A stretch of DNA of 64,000 bases, taken from NCBI GenBank assembly GCA_963827685.1, contig CAWHBU010000002.1, forward strand, positions 480,001 to 544,000, written 5' to 3'. The translations under genes were made by a program, and so were the position numbers. Below, piece after piece: positions 28,114 to 40,005 of this stretch. This DNA is from an uncultured delta proteobacterium. GTDB taxonomy: Bacteria; Desulfobacterota; BSN033; UBA1163. Each line of letters opens with the position of its first letter. Position 1 is the stretch's first letter. The notes beneath the pieces were generated by a model. The model was not told where the DNA came from, did not search any database, and worked only from the letters and a program-made list of their open reading frames with translations.

Positions 28114-29088
28114 TTACTTCCCCTTCTTTTCTAAAAGCTCCTTGATTTTTGAGAGCAGCGCTTCCGCCTCGAATGGCTTAGATACGTACGCATCAGCACC
28201 CACCTCTCGACCCACCTTCCTAATTTCCTGTGGTGTCCTTCCAGAGGATATAATGATAGGAATAGTATTATATTTTGGATCAGCCTTAAGAAGCTGGCAG
28301 ACTTTATATCCATTCATTTTAGGAAGCATGATGTCGAGGATAATCAAGCTCGGGTTTTCTTTATGGGCTTTCTCCAAACCTTCCTGGCCGTCGCCTGCGG
28401 TAATCACTTCGTAATTGTTTGCTTCTAATCTCATCCTGAGCATGTTAATAATCGCTGCTTGGTCTTCTACGATCAGTATTCTTTTTTTCGTCGTTACCGT
28501 TTTCTTCTCGGTGACGGGTTCTGCGATAAAATCGCCTCTTCTGGGGTGTACGATTTCATTCCATGACTTCTCAGATATCTCCTCAACAGATTGAATCAAA
28601 CCATCCACGTTCTGTTTTCCGGTTGAAAGCAATTCTTTTTGTTTGGGGTTTAGTTTTCCTGGTATTTCATCCAGCACCAAGGACAGGCTCTCTTTGACCA
28701 CGGCCAGTGGGGTACGAATGACATGGGAGATCATCCCCATCACTTCGTCTTTCATGATTTCCAGTTCATGTCTCAGTTCATCTTTCATGATTTCCAGCTC
28801 ATCTTCCGGTGGGTCGTTCTTTGCCCTTTTCGGTTTTTCTTCTTTTGCGGAGGCGGCCGATGCAAAGATCGCATTAAACCGAGAGATACTGAGAAGCTCC
28901 CCGATCAGTTTATTCAATTCATCCGTGCATTCTAGGGCGGGCCTTAAGAGAGTGAAGCAGTTATCGCAGTTTGAGCCTCCGAGACCGTCCAGAATCATGC
29001 TCGCCCCTTCTCGAACGACCATGAGTTGGCTGCGCAAGTCGTGTCTGACAGACGAAAGATAGGCTTCTATTTTTTCTTCTTCACTCAT
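28114..29088 (-). CDS. HisKA-HisKA-REC protein without HATPase domain
   Basis: VRHDLRSQL and ISHVIRTPL H-boxes; canonical REC (IVEDQ, LDIMLP, SKPF). Confidence 0.8.
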   Translation of the reverse strand: MSEEEKIEAYLSSVRHDLRSQLMVVREGASMILDGLGGSNCDNCFTLLRPALECTDELNKLIGELLSISRFNAIFASAASAKEEKPKRAKNDPPEDELEIMKDELRHELEIMKDEVMGMISHVIRTPLAVVKESLSLVLDEIPGKLNPKQKELLSTGKQNVDGLIQSVEEISEKSWNEIVHPRRGDFIAEPVTEKKTVTTKKRILIVEDQAAIINMLRMRLEANNYEVITAGDGQEGLEKAHKENPSLIILDIMLPKMNGYKVCQLLKADPKYNTIPIIISSGRTPQEIRKVGREVGADAYVSKPFEAEALLSKIKELLEKKGK

Positions 29089-29089
29089 A

Positions 29090-30745
29090 TCATTCACCTC
29101 TCTTGGAGATCTGGACAAGAGTATTCCTGCACGCCCTTAAAAGAAATTCTACTGTGAAATCCTCACAAAACCTTACTTGCTCATCTTTCGGTCTTTTTTC
29201 CAACAGCCGGATGGCGTTCTTGAATTCTCTGGCCGCTGCACTAAACTTTCTCTGGTACAAATACATATTTCCGAGGTTAAAATAGGCGAGAACCGATTCG
29301 GGGGTCACATAGATTACCTTCCTGAATTGTGCCTCCGCCTCTTTAAGATCACCGCTTTTGTATGATAGGACACCCAAGAGATAATACGCCTCAACACTTA
29401 GATTGTCCACCTCGATGATCTTTCCGAGGATATCCGCCGCTTCTTTATATTTTGCCTCGTTCGCCAAGATCATCGCTTTCGTAAGACAGGTGAGGAAATC
29501 GTTTTTGTCTTGAGCGATCATGTGATCGGGTGAAAAGGGGGAGGCGACGTCAGACGGTTTCTCAACTCGTAGAGCCGGGGCTTCAACCTGCTCAAGTGGT
29601 CCGGGTATCTCCTGGTGCCCGGACCTTAATTCGTAAGGGAAAGAGCGTTTTTCTGTGCTCGTCTCTTGGGCGGAGGGCAACCCCTTGACTCCCCAGCCTT
29701 TAGGTTTTGACTCGAAACGAGAAGAAGGGGGCTCACTCAGGATTGACCCTGAATGGCCCTTCTTACCTCCGGCTGCAAATGCGGGCCCTGTACCGTTCTG
29801 GTACAGGGCGGGGGTTGGCGTTGCGGAAAGGGTCAAGTTCTCGATGGCGACCTCCGGTACAGCCATAAATGGCTTCATCGGGTCTTCCCGAGCAGGACTT
29901 AACGTCTTCTTATAGATGAATGTCTGAGGAAACTCCACTCTCTCAAACTTGTCAGTGATCTGCCATAGGGTCTCTGTGTGTCCGAGAAAAAGATAACCAT
30001 CCTGAGCAAGGTAGTCATAAAAATTCTCAATGACTCGCTCGGTGGTCTGGGCATCGAAATAGATAATAACATTTCTGCAGAAGATCATATCTACATTTTG
30101 GATCGTTTCATGCATAAACGGGTCTTTAGCTAAGTTATGATATTCAAACCGGACCAACGCTTTCACATCATCTTTCAGATGATAGGTTGAACCCCGGATG
30201 TCGAAATACTTCTCCAGATATTCCTTTTCCAAATGGCCTATGTCCTTTTCAACATAGATGGCTTGTTCCGAGCAAGCCAGTCCATTTCTATTTATGTCTG
30301 TGCCCAGAATGGAGATATCCCACTCGCTATAAGAAGGGAGAGCCTCCATCATCGCGATAGCGATGGAATAAGCCTCATCTCCCCTGGAACACCCCGCTGA
30401 CCATGCGCGTATACACTTATCCCCTGCATCCACCTTCCTCTGAATGATTTCAGGCAAGACAAATCTCATGAGCACGTTAAACTGAGCCTTATTTCTGAAG
30501 AAATAGGTCTCGCTGATCGTGATCAGATCGAGGAGTTCCCGTATCTCGAGCCGTCCCTCCGGATGGAATTTTAGAAGGTTATAATATTCCCGGTAGGAAT
30601 CGTAACCCCGGTGTTGCAGACGCTGCCAAAGAGCAAGATGTAAGGACTGGTTCCTGCTTTCTTCAAAGCGGAGGCCACTCGCTTCGATGAGCAGTTCCTG
30701 AAAAAGACTGGAATCTTCCGAGGATAGGGGCAAGATATTTTTCAT
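29090..30745 (-). CDS. cheR: CheR methyltransferase with C-terminal TPR (WspC/FrzF-like)
   Basis: TISETYFFR, WSAGCSRGDEAYS, IFCRNVIIYF, GYLFLGHTE; TPR repeats. Confidence 0.92.
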   Translation of the reverse strand: MKNILPLSSEDSSLFQELLIEASGLRFEESRNQSLHLALWQRLQHRGYDSYREYYNLLKFHPEGRLEIRELLDLITISETYFFRNKAQFNVLMRFVLPEIIQRKVDAGDKCIRAWSAGCSRGDEAYSIAIAMMEALPSYSEWDISILGTDINRNGLACSEQAIYVEKDIGHLEKEYLEKYFDIRGSTYHLKDDVKALVRFEYHNLAKDPFMHETIQNVDMIFCRNVIIYFDAQTTERVIENFYDYLAQDGYLFLGHTETLWQITDKFERVEFPQTFIYKKTLSPAREDPMKPFMAVPEVAIENLTLSATPTPALYQNGTGPAFAAGGKKGHSGSILSEPPSSRFESKPKGWGVKGLPSAQETSTEKRSFPYELRSGHQEIPGPLEQVEAPALRVEKPSDVASPFSPDHMIAQDKNDFLTCLTKAMILANEAKYKEAADILGKIIEVDNLSVEAYYLLGVLSYKSGDLKEAEAQFRKVIYVTPESVLAYFNLGNMYLYQRKFSAAAREFKNAIRLLEKRPKDEQVRFCEDFTVEFLLRACRNTLVQISKRGE

Positions 30746-31242
30746 CGTTCAAGCGTCGATAATTCGTTAACTTCTTTCTTCGTTAGAATGTGTTCCAAAT
30801 TCAAGATGGGGATGATTCTTTTACCCACCCTTGCGATCCCCGATATCATCTCTGCTTCCATCTGCATGGATACCACTTCTGGTAGCGGTTCAATATCTTC
30901 CTTGGATAAACCGATGATTTCTTTTAAGCTATTGACCGTGAGTCCGACGATGAACCGATTGACCCTGCAGACGATGATTCTTTTGCTGGTTTCATCTACC
31001 ATGTCTTTTGCAGTGAGTCTCTTTCTCAGATCGATTAGAGCAACGATATGTCCTCTCAAATTGATGACCCCCTCAATAAAGGGCGGGGCCTTGGGAAGAG
31101 GAGTAATCTCTTGTGGTCGTAATACCTCCCGTACCCAAGAGATATCCAACCCCAATTCCTCATTCGCCACACGAAAGACCAGTATCTGTCTGTCCTCTTT
31201 TTTCTCGATCCTTTCCTTTTGCATCTCCCGCCCAACCGTCAC
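30742..31242 (-). CDS. cheW: CheW adaptor
   Basis: VREVL..ITPLPKAPPFIEGVINLRG. Confidence 0.92.
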   Translation of the reverse strand: MTVGREMQKERIEKKEDRQILVFRVANEELGLDISWVREVLRPQEITPLPKAPPFIEGVINLRGHIVALIDLRKRLTAKDMVDETSKRIIVCRVNRFIVGLTVNSLKEIIGLSKEDIEPLPEVVSMQMEAEMISGIARVGKRIIPILNLEHILTKKEVNELSTLER

Positions 31243-31268
31243 TTCCCTTGGAAGGCATAGCCTGGCAC

Positions 31269-32320
31269 CTATCTCACCATCGAGACGATTTCTTCTGCGA
31301 TGCTTTCCAAGGGGAGTACTTTATCGATCACATTCATTTCTACGGCTGCCTTGGGCATACCAAAAACGACACAACTCTTTTCATTTTGGGCAATGGTTTT
31401 GCCATAGCATTGTTTGATGGCCTTCACTCCCATTGCCCCATCTCTGCCCATACCGGTCAGGATGGCTGCCACACTTCCTTTTCCGTAGGTCCTGGCCACA
31501 GACTCCAACAACACATCTCCTGAGGGCCTGTGGCCTCCCTGAGCCGGCTCATTTGAAAGGCTTATCTTTCCGCTTTCCTCTACCCTCATTTGAAGGTTGT
31601 CCGGAGCCATATAGGCCACTCCAGGTCGTATGTCTTCCGAATCTTCTCCAATCTTAACTTTGATTTTGCATTCTTTAGCAAGCCAGTCCACCAGGCCTGG
31701 CAGAAAACCACTGGTGATGTGTTGAACAATCACGATGCCGCAAGGGAAATCTTCAGGAAGTTTTTTGAGTATCTCGAGAAGTGCCTGGGGCCCCCGGTTG
31801 AGGCTACAACGGCCACGATCTTATCCGAGACTTCTTTTCCGGGAGCCTTAAGGTTAACGACGGACCTCTCATTCCGCAATCTGGCCAATGGCCGTTCCAT
31901 GACTCTGACACCGGTCAAGAATTTTATCTTCGCGATCAGAGCCTCTCCAGACTTTTTATGTCCCACTAACTCTAATTCTCTTTTGTCAATAACGTCTAAC
32001 GCGCCATGCGAGATGGCCTTGAATACTTTTTCCATTCCCACTTTAAAAACAGTAGAGGCAACAATCAGTATCGGGGTAGGGTGAGACGCCATGATCTGCT
32101 TCGTCGCCTCGAGTCCATCCATGACAGGCATATCCATATCCATGGTGATGATATCCGGTTTGAGGCGAGGCACGAGATCCACTGCCTCTTTCCCATCATT
32201 CGCCACCGCTGCGACGATCATCTGCGGATCGCAGTTCACGATATTGGTTAAGATCTTGCACATCAGCGGTGAATCGTCCACCACCAACACCCGTGTCAGA
32301 GCCTTGACTCCCTGTTCCAT
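31269..32320 (-). pseudogene. cheB: CheB methylesterase (REC + CheB) split by a 1-nt frameshift at ~31787-31790
   Basis: Adding one C restores [33 protein letters not shown].D and GMGRDGA intact; may be a sequencing error. Confidence 0.85.
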
Positions 32321-32321
32321 A

Positions 32322-34628
32322 TCACCCTACTAACCGTTCAATGGTATCCAAAAGATTCGACTGCTCGAATGCGCTTTTAACAATATAAGCGGCCGCGCCG
32401 ACCTCAATCCCCCGCCTTTTATCCTCTTCTTTCTGTAAGGCGGTTACCATCACAAAAGGTATGTCCTTGTACCCCTCATTATTCTTCAGGGTCCTGCAAA
32501 GCTCAAATCCATTCATCCTCGGCATCTCCAGATCACTGACAATAAGGTCGTATTGGTTGTCTGCCATCCTGTCCAGTGCGTCCAAACCATCTACGGCTGT
32601 ATCGACAAGGTATCCGTGGGTCTCCAGGATACTCTTCTCAAGCTCCCTGGTCGAGAAGGCGTCTTCCACGATCAGTATCTTCTTCTCTTTGCGCTTCATT
32701 TTTGGAGCGCGTCTCTTTCCTGTAACCTGGGGGAGACTTAACGAGCTGTGAGCAATCAAGTCGGGAATATCCAGGACGACCACGACCTCACCGTTTGGCA
32801 TGATGATGGCGCCGCTTACATTCTTCACTTTGCCTAAGTGTTTCCCCAAACTCTTTATAAATGCTTCTCCCTCTCCAACAATCTCATCCACAATGAAACC
32901 GACTCGGCTGTCGAGGGAGGTCGCCATCACCACCAATATTTCTTTCTTCGCCTTTCTCTCTTCATCTCCTGGCGGCGGAAGTCCGAGCACTTCATTCAAT
33001 GTTACAAGCGGTACAATATGCTCACGGAATTGGATGGCCATTCTTCCTTCGATGGCAGAGACATCGTCCACATTTATTTTAACGCCCTCGGTAACGGAGA
33101 ACATCGGAAGGGCAAAGAGCACGTTCTGCACTTTTACCAAGAGCACTTGAATAATGGCGATCGTCAATGGCAAGACTAATGTGAATTTTGTCTCTTTATC
33201 CTTCTGAGTGTCCAAGATCACCCGACCTTTTAGATTGGTGATGTCGCGCCTTACGATATCAAGTCCCATTCCCCTTCCAGAAACATCCGTCACGATCGGA
33301 CTCGTGGAATAGCCGTTCATGAACACGACATTCAATACCTCTTTGTCCGTCATCCCTTCCAAGTCGTAACTTGATACGAGCCGTTTCCTTAGGGCAGTCT
33401 CCTTGATCTGGGCAATGTCCATGCCCCTTCCATCATCCTCCACGGTAATCACTACATTATCACCTTCATGGAAGCCGGAAACCTTGATGGTTCCCTCCCT
33501 GGGTTTACCAAGGGCAACCCTCACCTCCGGCTCTTCAATTCCATGGTCTATGCAGTTACGCAAGATATGGATGAAAGAGGTCTTTATCCCCTCCAAGACC
33601 TTCTTATCAAGTTCAGTTTCTCCTCCGGAAATCACCAAGTTGACCTCTTTCCCTTCTTGCGAGGCGATATCCCTTACCATGCGGGGAAAACCCTCAAATA
33701 TGGTGGACAAGGGTAACATTTTTATCTTTTTGATCTTAGCCTGCAATTCATCGATGACTGGGTCAAGATGGAATGCTTGCGTGGAGACATGATCATATAA
33801 GTTCAGGGTATGTTCCCTAAGCTTCTGGATCTGGGCCTCACATTGACTGAGCCACTTTGTCACTTCTCCATCACACGAAGAAAATTCCTTCTTCATCGCT
33901 TCACTTAAACTGGAGATACTTCTCTGCACCTCCTTGCTGAGCTTGGAAAGCCTTTTTGCCTGAGTGCTTACGGCAGAGGCCCTCATCTTGTTGATGACCA
34001 CCTCCCCGACCAAATAAAGAAGTTTATCCACCCTGCTCAGCGGAACACGGATGTATTCCTCCGTCTGTGCAGACAGATGAGGGGCGACTGCTTCGCTCAC
34101 GCGATCCGCGACTTTTTCCTGCGTTGTTTCTTCCTCGGGCTCCTTCTCTTGTTTGGCTTTCTGCTGGATTTCTACAGCCTCTTTTTCCCTTTTGGACCCT
34201 TTCTCTTGTTTCTTCCGCGTTCGGATGGCTTGTGCTGCAGAAATGCACTCTTCCAGCTCCCTGCAGATATCCGAGGCATCGACATCGATCTCCACATCGA
34301 TCTTCTTCTCTTGAGCTATCTTTTCTAAGATGATCCGGATGGCATCCAGTCCCTTGAATATTCTTTCAGCCATCAGGGAATTGAAAACAGCCCTCTTGCC
34401 GGCCACCTCTTCAAATATATCTTCTATCCTATGGGCGATATCCTGAATTTCATAAAATCCAAAAACCCGAGCTGCACCTTTCAGGGTATGGACTTCTCTA
34501 TTCAAACTACTGGCTAGCTCAAAGTTGTTGGGCTGCTTCTCTAACTCTACCAGTCCATTATCCAGTTTGGTCAGGTGGTCTTCGGTTTCTGCCTTGAAGA
34601 TCGCAATAAGATCTTTCATCTCAGGCAT
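32322..34628 (-). CDS. cheA: Hybrid CheA (Hpt-HATPase-CheW-REC), WspE/FrzE-like
   Basis: [28 protein letters not shown], CheW domain, C-terminal REC. Confidence 0.95.
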   Translation of the reverse strand: MPEMKDLIAIFKAETEDHLTKLDNGLVELEKQPNNFELASSLNREVHTLKGAARVFGFYEIQDIAHRIEDIFEEVAGKRAVFNSLMAERIFKGLDAIRIILEKIAQEKKIDVEIDVDASDICRELEECISAAQAIRTRKKQEKGSKREKEAVEIQQKAKQEKEPEEETTQEKVADRVSEAVAPHLSAQTEEYIRVPLSRVDKLLYLVGEVVINKMRASAVSTQAKRLSKLSKEVQRSISSLSEAMKKEFSSCDGEVTKWLSQCEAQIQKLREHTLNLYDHVSTQAFHLDPVIDELQAKIKKIKMLPLSTIFEGFPRMVRDIASQEGKEVNLVISGGETELDKKVLEGIKTSFIHILRNCIDHGIEEPEVRVALGKPREGTIKVSGFHEGDNVVITVEDDGRGMDIAQIKETALRKRLVSSYDLEGMTDKEVLNVVFMNGYSTSPIVTDVSGRGMGLDIVRRDITNLKGRVILDTQKDKETKFTLVLPLTIAIIQVLLVKVQNVLFALPMFSVTEGVKINVDDVSAIEGRMAIQFREHIVPLVTLNEVLGLPPPGDEERKAKKEILVVMATSLDSRVGFIVDEIVGEGEAFIKSLGKHLGKVKNVSGAIIMPNGEVVVVLDIPDLIAHSSLSLPQVTGKRRAPKMKRKEKKILIVEDAFSTRELEKSILETHGYLVDTAVDGLDALDRMADNQYDLIVSDLEMPRMNGFELCRTLKNNEGYKDIPFVMVTALQKEEDKRRGIEVGAAAYIVKSAFEQSNLLDTIERLVG

Positions 34629-37600
34629 GCTTCAGGTTCCTTGTTCTTTCAGCTTCCTCTGCTTCGAGCTTAAAATTTGCGATCGCGCTCTTGAGATCCT
34701 CCGATAATGTATTGAGCTGTGCCGCGGAGGCTGCCGCTTGTCTGGTTGAAGAGACGAACTGTTTGGTTACAGAATCTATTTCCCTCATGGCCTGCACCAC
34801 CTGCTCTGATGCAAACTTTTGCTGCTGTGTCGCTATGGAAATCTCCTTTGCGGATTTCGCTGTTTCCTCTATCATCTCCAACCCTTTTTTTACCCAGTTG
34901 GTTGAACCTTCAATACTCATAATGGTAGAGTTCGTCTCTCCTTGGATTTCATTTATAATCTGACGGATTTCCTCGGTCGATTCAGAGGAACGTTCGGCAA
35001 GTTTCCTTACTTCTTGGGCGACTACCGCAAACCCCCTTCCTACCTCTCCCGCTCGGGCTGCCTCAATGGCCGCGTTTAAGGCCAAGAGATTCGTCTGGTC
35101 GGCAATATCATCTATCAGTTTTGTGATATTGCCGATGGATTGGGATTTTTCACCTAAAGCGAGAATCTTCCTCGCCGTATCATTTACCTTCGTGCTTATC
35201 TCCTGCATCCCTGCCAGTGTGTCTCCTGCCAGCCTGGCCACATTTTCTGCGTTCTTAGCGATACGCGTAGCTGTGGTGTTGAGTTCTTCAATGGTGGTGG
35301 TCACCTGGCTAACTCCCGAGGACTGCTGTGCTGCGCCCGTGGCTTGCTCTTCAGAGGCAGCCCGAATTTGGGCCGAAGAGGTGCTGACCTGGAGACCGGC
35401 ATCTCGGACGTGTTTGACCATCTGCTGCAACTCTTCCTCCGCTCGCTTGAGGTCTGTGATGTCCCGTATCATCCCTCTAAACCCGGTCGGTTTGCCCGAT
35501 GCATCTTTTTTTAACGATATGGATACCTCCACGTATTTTTTGGTCCCATCTTTTCTTAGCACCTCATGATCACATCTGTTGGACTCCCCTGTTCTGTAGA
35601 CTTGATTAAAAACCTGATAGATCCTTTTCGCGGTCTCTTTATCTGTGAACTGCCGGTTATTCATGCCCAGCAATTCCTCTCTGGGGTACCCAAAGATTCG
35701 GCACATTGAATCGTTGAGGAAGGTAAAGCTGCCGGCAAGGTCTACTTCGTAAAAACCCTCTTCCATGCTCTCAAGAATGGTTCGATATTTCTCCTCACTT
35801 CTTCGCAATGCCTCCTCTGCCTGCTTCCGCTCCGCAAAAAGATGGGCATTGGTAATCGCCCCTGCAATCTCATTGCCGACTCTTTCGGCCAGCCTCACAT
35901 CCGATTCTGCATAGGCCTTTGGTTTGAGCGACTGAAGGTGAAGAATACCAATCACTTGATCCTTTGAGATCAAAGGAACCGCCATCATCGATCGAAGTCC
36001 AGTTCGAAAATGTCTCACAAAGTTGGGATGATGCAAGGCGACCTCGTTTTCGTCCTCCGGCTGGATGAGGAAACTTGATCGCTTGGTGACAATACTTTCG
36101 CTCAATGAGTCATCCAAAGGAAGAACAGCTCCTACTGGGATGTCTCCAACTTTAATTCCAAAAGAATAAGCGATGGTGATCGAGGTTCGATCGGGATTAA
36201 TGGTGTTCACCGAAGCCCGGTCAAAGGGAATGATTTTCCGAACCTCGTCAGCGAAACGTCCATAGACCTCTTCGATATTGAGGGTGGAGCTGACAATTCG
36301 GCCAATCTCGGCCACGGCTAAATTTTCTTGAGCCAGCCTCCTCGCGGTCTCCTCGCTCTTTTGTAATGCCTCCTGCGCGTGCTTTCGCTCTGTGACGTCC
36401 CGTGCAATCCCTCTGAAGCCTATCGGTTTGCCCGATGAATCTTTTACTAACGATGCAGATGTCTCAACGTGTCTTTTGGTCCCATCCTTTCTTGTAATCT
36501 CATGATCACATTCTCTACTGGGTTCCCCTGTTCGGTAGACCTGATTAAAGGATTCAAGCAGTTTCTTGGCGTTCTCCTGATCTGAATACTGCCGGTTATT
36601 CATACCCAGCAATTCCTCTTTGGAGTATCCAAAGATTCGGCCCGTTGCCTCGCTGACAAAGGTAAAGTTACCGGCAAGGTCCACTTCATAAAAGCCCTCA
36701 TCGATGTTTTCAAGAATGTTTCGATATTTCTCCTCACTTTGGCACAGTGCCTCTTCTGCCTGCTTGCGTTCGGTGACATTCCGAGAAATACCCCGGAATC
36801 CGATCGGTTTGCCTTTTGAATCCCTGATAAGAGATGCCGAAGTTTCGATAAACGTTCTAGTCCCATCTTTTCTGATAATTTCCTCATCTATTTCCTTAAC
36901 CGGTTCCCCTGTTCTGTAGACTTTATTAAAAGCTTCAAATACTTTCTTTGCGGTGTCTTTATCTGTAAACTGCCGGTTGTTCATTCCGATCAATTCCTCT
37001 CTGGTATATCCGAGCTCTCGGCAGCGCGCATCATTAACGAAGGTAAAATTACCAGCAAGATCAACCTCAAAATAGCCCTCCTGCATGTTTTCAAGAATGG
37101 TTCGGTATTTCTCCTCACTTTGGCGCAGTGCCTCTTCCGTTTTCTTACGCTCGGTGATGTCCCTGATCGTCCCTCTGTAGCCAATGACATTTCCCTTAGA
37201 ATCCTTCCTCGTACTTGCCGTTAGCAAAGCATAGATTTTCCCTCCATCCTTCTTTCTCAACTCTTGCTCCACATCCTTCACATGCTCCTGTTTCGACAGT
37301 ATCTCCTGAATGCTGCTTTGGCCTTCCGGGTTGAAATAGAGTTGAGCCATCGATCCGATCCTCATAAGCTCTTCTTTGTTGGTGTAGCCTAAAAGCTCAA
37401 CGGTGGCCGCATTCACGTCGACAAATTTCCCATCCTTGCTAATGACGATGATCGACTCTTTGGAGCTATCAAACAGCGTACGATATTTTTCCTCCGATTC
37501 CCGGAGCGCCTGCTCTGCCAGTTTGCGCTGAGTGATGTCCTCACAAGTCAGTAAGTGACTCTCATCTGTCAATGAAACACGTTTAAAGAGAATTTCTTTT

Positions 37601-38865
37601 GTGGAGCCGTCTTTGCAGGTTACTGTGAAGACCCGGGAAGGGGCTTTACCCTCTTTTGCCGCAGCGGAGTCTTCTTTCCAGGAAGCCAGGATCTTCTGAC
37701 GGTACTCCGGATCAGGGTAGGCCTTCTCCAACCAATGTTCGCGCCTGGGAATGTCCTCCAGGGTATATCCAAATATCTCTGTGAACTTGGGATTGATATA
37801 CTCATACTTGCCCCCCTTGTTCATGGTGCATAACCCGATAGGGGCATGGGTAACCAGGTTTGTATATTTTTCGTCCGATTTTCCCAATGTTCTTCTCGCG
37901 AGAAAATAAATCGCGACCCAAGCTAAGCCAATGAAGACGAAAATAGTGATGAGTATCTTATCCCTCAAACTATTGATGGGGTTGAAGAGAGTTTTTGAAT
38001 CTACCAGGACGAGGGATGTCCAGGCAAAGGATTTAATGCCCTCAATTTTCTGAGCCTTTTGGAACGCCATGGACTTTCTAACGCCGCCCACTTCAATTTC
38101 ACCCGATCCTTTCACGTTCCCCCCAAAGGGCAGAGCGGAAAAGCTTATGGGCAATAATTCCTGAAGCGATTTTCCCAGAAAAGAGGGGTCGCGGTGGGCA
38201 ATGATGGTCTTCCCGTCACTTGCCAACAAGATACCCATCCTGTCTTCGCCGCCTCTTATCTGTTTACCCGTAGCGAATTCTTGAATCATTGACCAATTGA
38301 TAAACAAGGTTATGATTCCCATCGGTTTTGTTTTCTCATTTTTGACCAGTGAACTGAAGCTGACAGTGTAATCTCCTAATAAGCCAGAATATCGGAAATC
38401 CCGCACATGGACCGGTTCTCCCCCCGTCGCCCCTTGTAAATATTTTTTGTCAAACTCCTTCTGTTTTTCATCTCTGGATCTGGTCATGAGCGCGGGATGG
38501 CTGGAGGCTATTAGTTTGCCTTCACTATTGAAGAGAACCACCGCCCTGTAAAGTTTGTTATTCTCAGTTAAATTGCTGAAAAACTTGTTGGCCCTCTCCG
38601 ACTCTTCACGAGTGATCGCCTCTTTTACAATGTCAAGTTCAGCCCATTGCTGCACATCAACAGTGGAAGTGTGCATCGCCTGGCCTATCCTATCGATGGC
38701 ACCGTACGCCGCATCTTCTAAACCAGATAGGATTTGTTTTTTCAGAGCCCCCTTGCTGAAACTATAGTTTAACGTACTCATCCCGATTAGCAGCAACAGG
38801 GTAAGGATGAGGAAATAGAGAATTAACTTGTTTCTCGATTTTGAGAATGGCCCTAATTTAAGCAT
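34621..38865 (-). CDS. Methyl-accepting chemotaxis protein: TM-Cache-TM-4xPAS-GAF-PAS-MA
   Basis: [29 protein letters not shown]; five EKY...D(I/V)T-type PAS-PAC units; GAF ([15 protein letters not shown]). Confidence 0.92.
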   Translation of the reverse strand: MLKLGPFSKSRNKLILYFLILTLLLLIGMSTLNYSFSKGALKKQILSGLEDAAYGAIDRIGQAMHTSTVDVQQWAELDIVKEAITREESERANKFFSNLTENNKLYRAVVLFNSEGKLIASSHPALMTRSRDEKQKEFDKKYLQGATGGEPVHVRDFRYSGLLGDYTVSFSSLVKNEKTKPMGIITLFINWSMIQEFATGKQIRGGEDRMGILLASDGKTIIAHRDPSFLGKSLQELLPISFSALPFGGNVKGSGEIEVGGVRKSMAFQKAQKIEGIKSFAWTSLVLVDSKTLFNPINSLRDKILITIFVFIGLAWVAIYFLARRTLGKSDEKYTNLVTHAPIGLCTMNKGGKYEYINPKFTEIFGYTLEDIPRREHWLEKAYPDPEYRQKILASWKEDSAAAKEGKAPSRVFTVTCKDGSTKEILFKRVSLTDESHLLTCEDITQRKLAEQALRESEEKYRTLFDSSKESIIVISKDGKFVDVNAATVELLGYTNKEELMRIGSMAQLYFNPEGQSSIQEILSKQEHVKDVEQELRKKDGGKIYALLTASTRKDSKGNVIGYRGTIRDITERKKTEEALRQSEEKYRTILENMQEGYFEVDLAGNFTFVNDARCRELGYTREELIGMNNRQFTDKDTAKKVFEAFNKVYRTGEPVKEIDEEIIRKDGTRTFIETSASLIRDSKGKPIGFRGISRNVTERKQAEEALCQSEEKYRNILENIDEGFYEVDLAGNFTFVSEATGRIFGYSKEELLGMNNRQYSDQENAKKLLESFNQVYRTGEPSRECDHEITRKDGTKRHVETSASLVKDSSGKPIGFRGIARDVTERKHAQEALQKSEETARRLAQENLAVAEIGRIVSSTLNIEEVYGRFADEVRKIIPFDRASVNTINPDRTSITIAYSFGIKVGDIPVGAVLPLDDSLSESIVTKRSSFLIQPEDENEVALHHPNFVRHFRTGLRSMMAVPLISKDQVIGILHLQSLKPKAYAESDVRLAERVGNEIAGAITNAHLFAERKQAEEALRRSEEKYRTILESMEEGFYEVDLAGSFTFLNDSMCRIFGYPREELLGMNNRQFTDKETAKRIYQVFNQVYRTGESNRCDHEVLRKDGTKKYVEVSISLKKDASGKPTGFRGMIRDITDLKRAEEELQQMVKHVRDAGLQVSTSSAQIRAASEEQATGAAQQSSGVSQVTTTIEELNTTATRIAKNAENVARLAGDTLAGMQEISTKVNDTARKILALGEKSQSIGNITKLIDDIADQTNLLALNAAIEAARAGEVGRGFAVVAQEVRKLAERSSESTEEIRQIINEIQGETNSTIMSIEGSTNWVKKGLEMIEETAKSAKEISIATQQQKFASEQVVQAMREIDSVTKQFVSSTRQAAASAAQLNTLSEDLKSAIANFKLEAEEAERTRNLKHA
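35450..37150 (-). repeat. Three highly similar PAS-coding DNA repeats (~35450-35820, 36385-36765, 36768-37145)
   Basis: Shared blocks tgccggtt(a/g)ttcat, cccctgttc.gtagac, tcccatcttt, tttctcctcactt. Confidence 0.75.
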
Positions 38866-38997
38866 TTCCAACCTCCTTTCAGCTCATCATGGGAATCTAC
38901 GTGAGCTGTTTGTATCTGAAAAATTAAGATAAAAGCTACAAGGTGAGACATAGGAGTTGAAGCCGAAGGAAAGCGTGTTATCTACCCCTTTCCTCGT

Positions 38998-39540
38998 CTA
39001 CACCCCCTTTTTCAGTATCCTCTCTACGCTGATGAGAGCAATCAACTTATTGTCCACCTTGCACTGCCCCTCAATATATTTCGCTCCTTCAGCAGGCAAG
39101 GTGAGGAGTGAAGGCTCAATCTTACTTACCGGTACCTCGATCGATGCAGTCACTTCATCCACGAAAAGGCCTGTCTCTAAAATCCCGGATTCAACGGCGA
39201 TAATCCTTGCCTTCTCGGTCGACTCTTCATGAGGCAGACCAAAAATCGTCTTTAGATCTGTAATGGACAGGATGTTCCCTCTTAAGTTTACAATTCCAGC
39301 AATATATTCTGGGCTCGATGGAAGATGGGTTATCTTGCCGACTTTGATGACCTCTTTTACTCTTGCAATCTCTACCCCGTACCATTCTCGCGATAGCCTA
39401 AAAACGATGAGCTGCAGGGTTTCCTCCTTCAGCTCTTCTCTCTCGTAGAGATCTTCATGATAATGGGCCCTATCTTCTACGGTCTCCGATATTTCATCCA
39501 TTCTCTGGAATGGTAATGCTTTTTTCATCTTCTTAGGCAT
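38998..39540 (-). CDS. cheW: CheW adaptor
   Basis: LIVFRL..EWYG, ITHLP..GIVNLRG. Confidence 0.92.
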   Translation of the reverse strand: MPKKMKKALPFQRMDEISETVEDRAHYHEDLYEREELKEETLQLIVFRLSREWYGVEIARVKEVIKVGKITHLPSSPEYIAGIVNLRGNILSITDLKTIFGLPHEESTEKARIIAVESGILETGLFVDEVTASIEVPVSKIEPSLLTLPAEGAKYIEGQCKVDNKLIALISVERILKKGV

Positions 39541-39570
39541 TCCCTCAATCTCTTCAATAAGATCTGTCGT

Positions 39571-39945
39571 CTACGACTTAGGTGTTTTCAAAAATCCCGT
39601 TATCTGTTCTATGAGCTTTTTCCCCTCAAAGGGTAAACCGAGATAACCATCGGCACCTGCTTCCTTTGTGATTTGCTGTAGCTTTTCCTCGTCTTTGGCT
39701 GACATGAATACGATAGGGGTGTTTTTGGTGCTATTTTGTTTTTTCAGTATCCGACATACCTGGCCTCCATTGATCCCCGGGAGATTGTAATCCAATAAAA
39801 TAAGCTGGTATTGACACGCTTTTGTTTTCTCAATACCCTCTTCGCCCGTCTCAGCGGTCTCCACGGAAAATCCCCCTGACTCAAGTCTGAACTTCAGCAT
39901 CGCGTTTACTGAAGGGCTATCCTGAATAATTAATATTTTATCCAT
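39571..39945 (-). CDS. Single-domain response regulator (atypical)
   Basis: ILIIQD, LLDYNLPG, MSAK, GYLGLPF (conserved Lys absent). Confidence 0.85.
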   Translation of the reverse strand: MDKILIIQDSPSVNAMLKFRLESGGFSVETAETGEEGIEKTKACQYQLILLDYNLPGINGGQVCRILKKQNSTKNTPIVFMSAKDEEKLQQITKEAGADGYLGLPFEGKKLIEQITGFLKTPKS

Positions 39946-40005
39946 CGATTAACCCCTCCATTTTTTTATTAGATTGTCTCTTTTCCGCATATTTAAACGG
40001 CAACT

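Noticed and set aside
35450-37150. Diversity-generating retroelement template/variable repeat pair
   Set aside because: The repeats are in-frame PAS domains, differences are not adenine-specific, and no reverse transcriptase is present.
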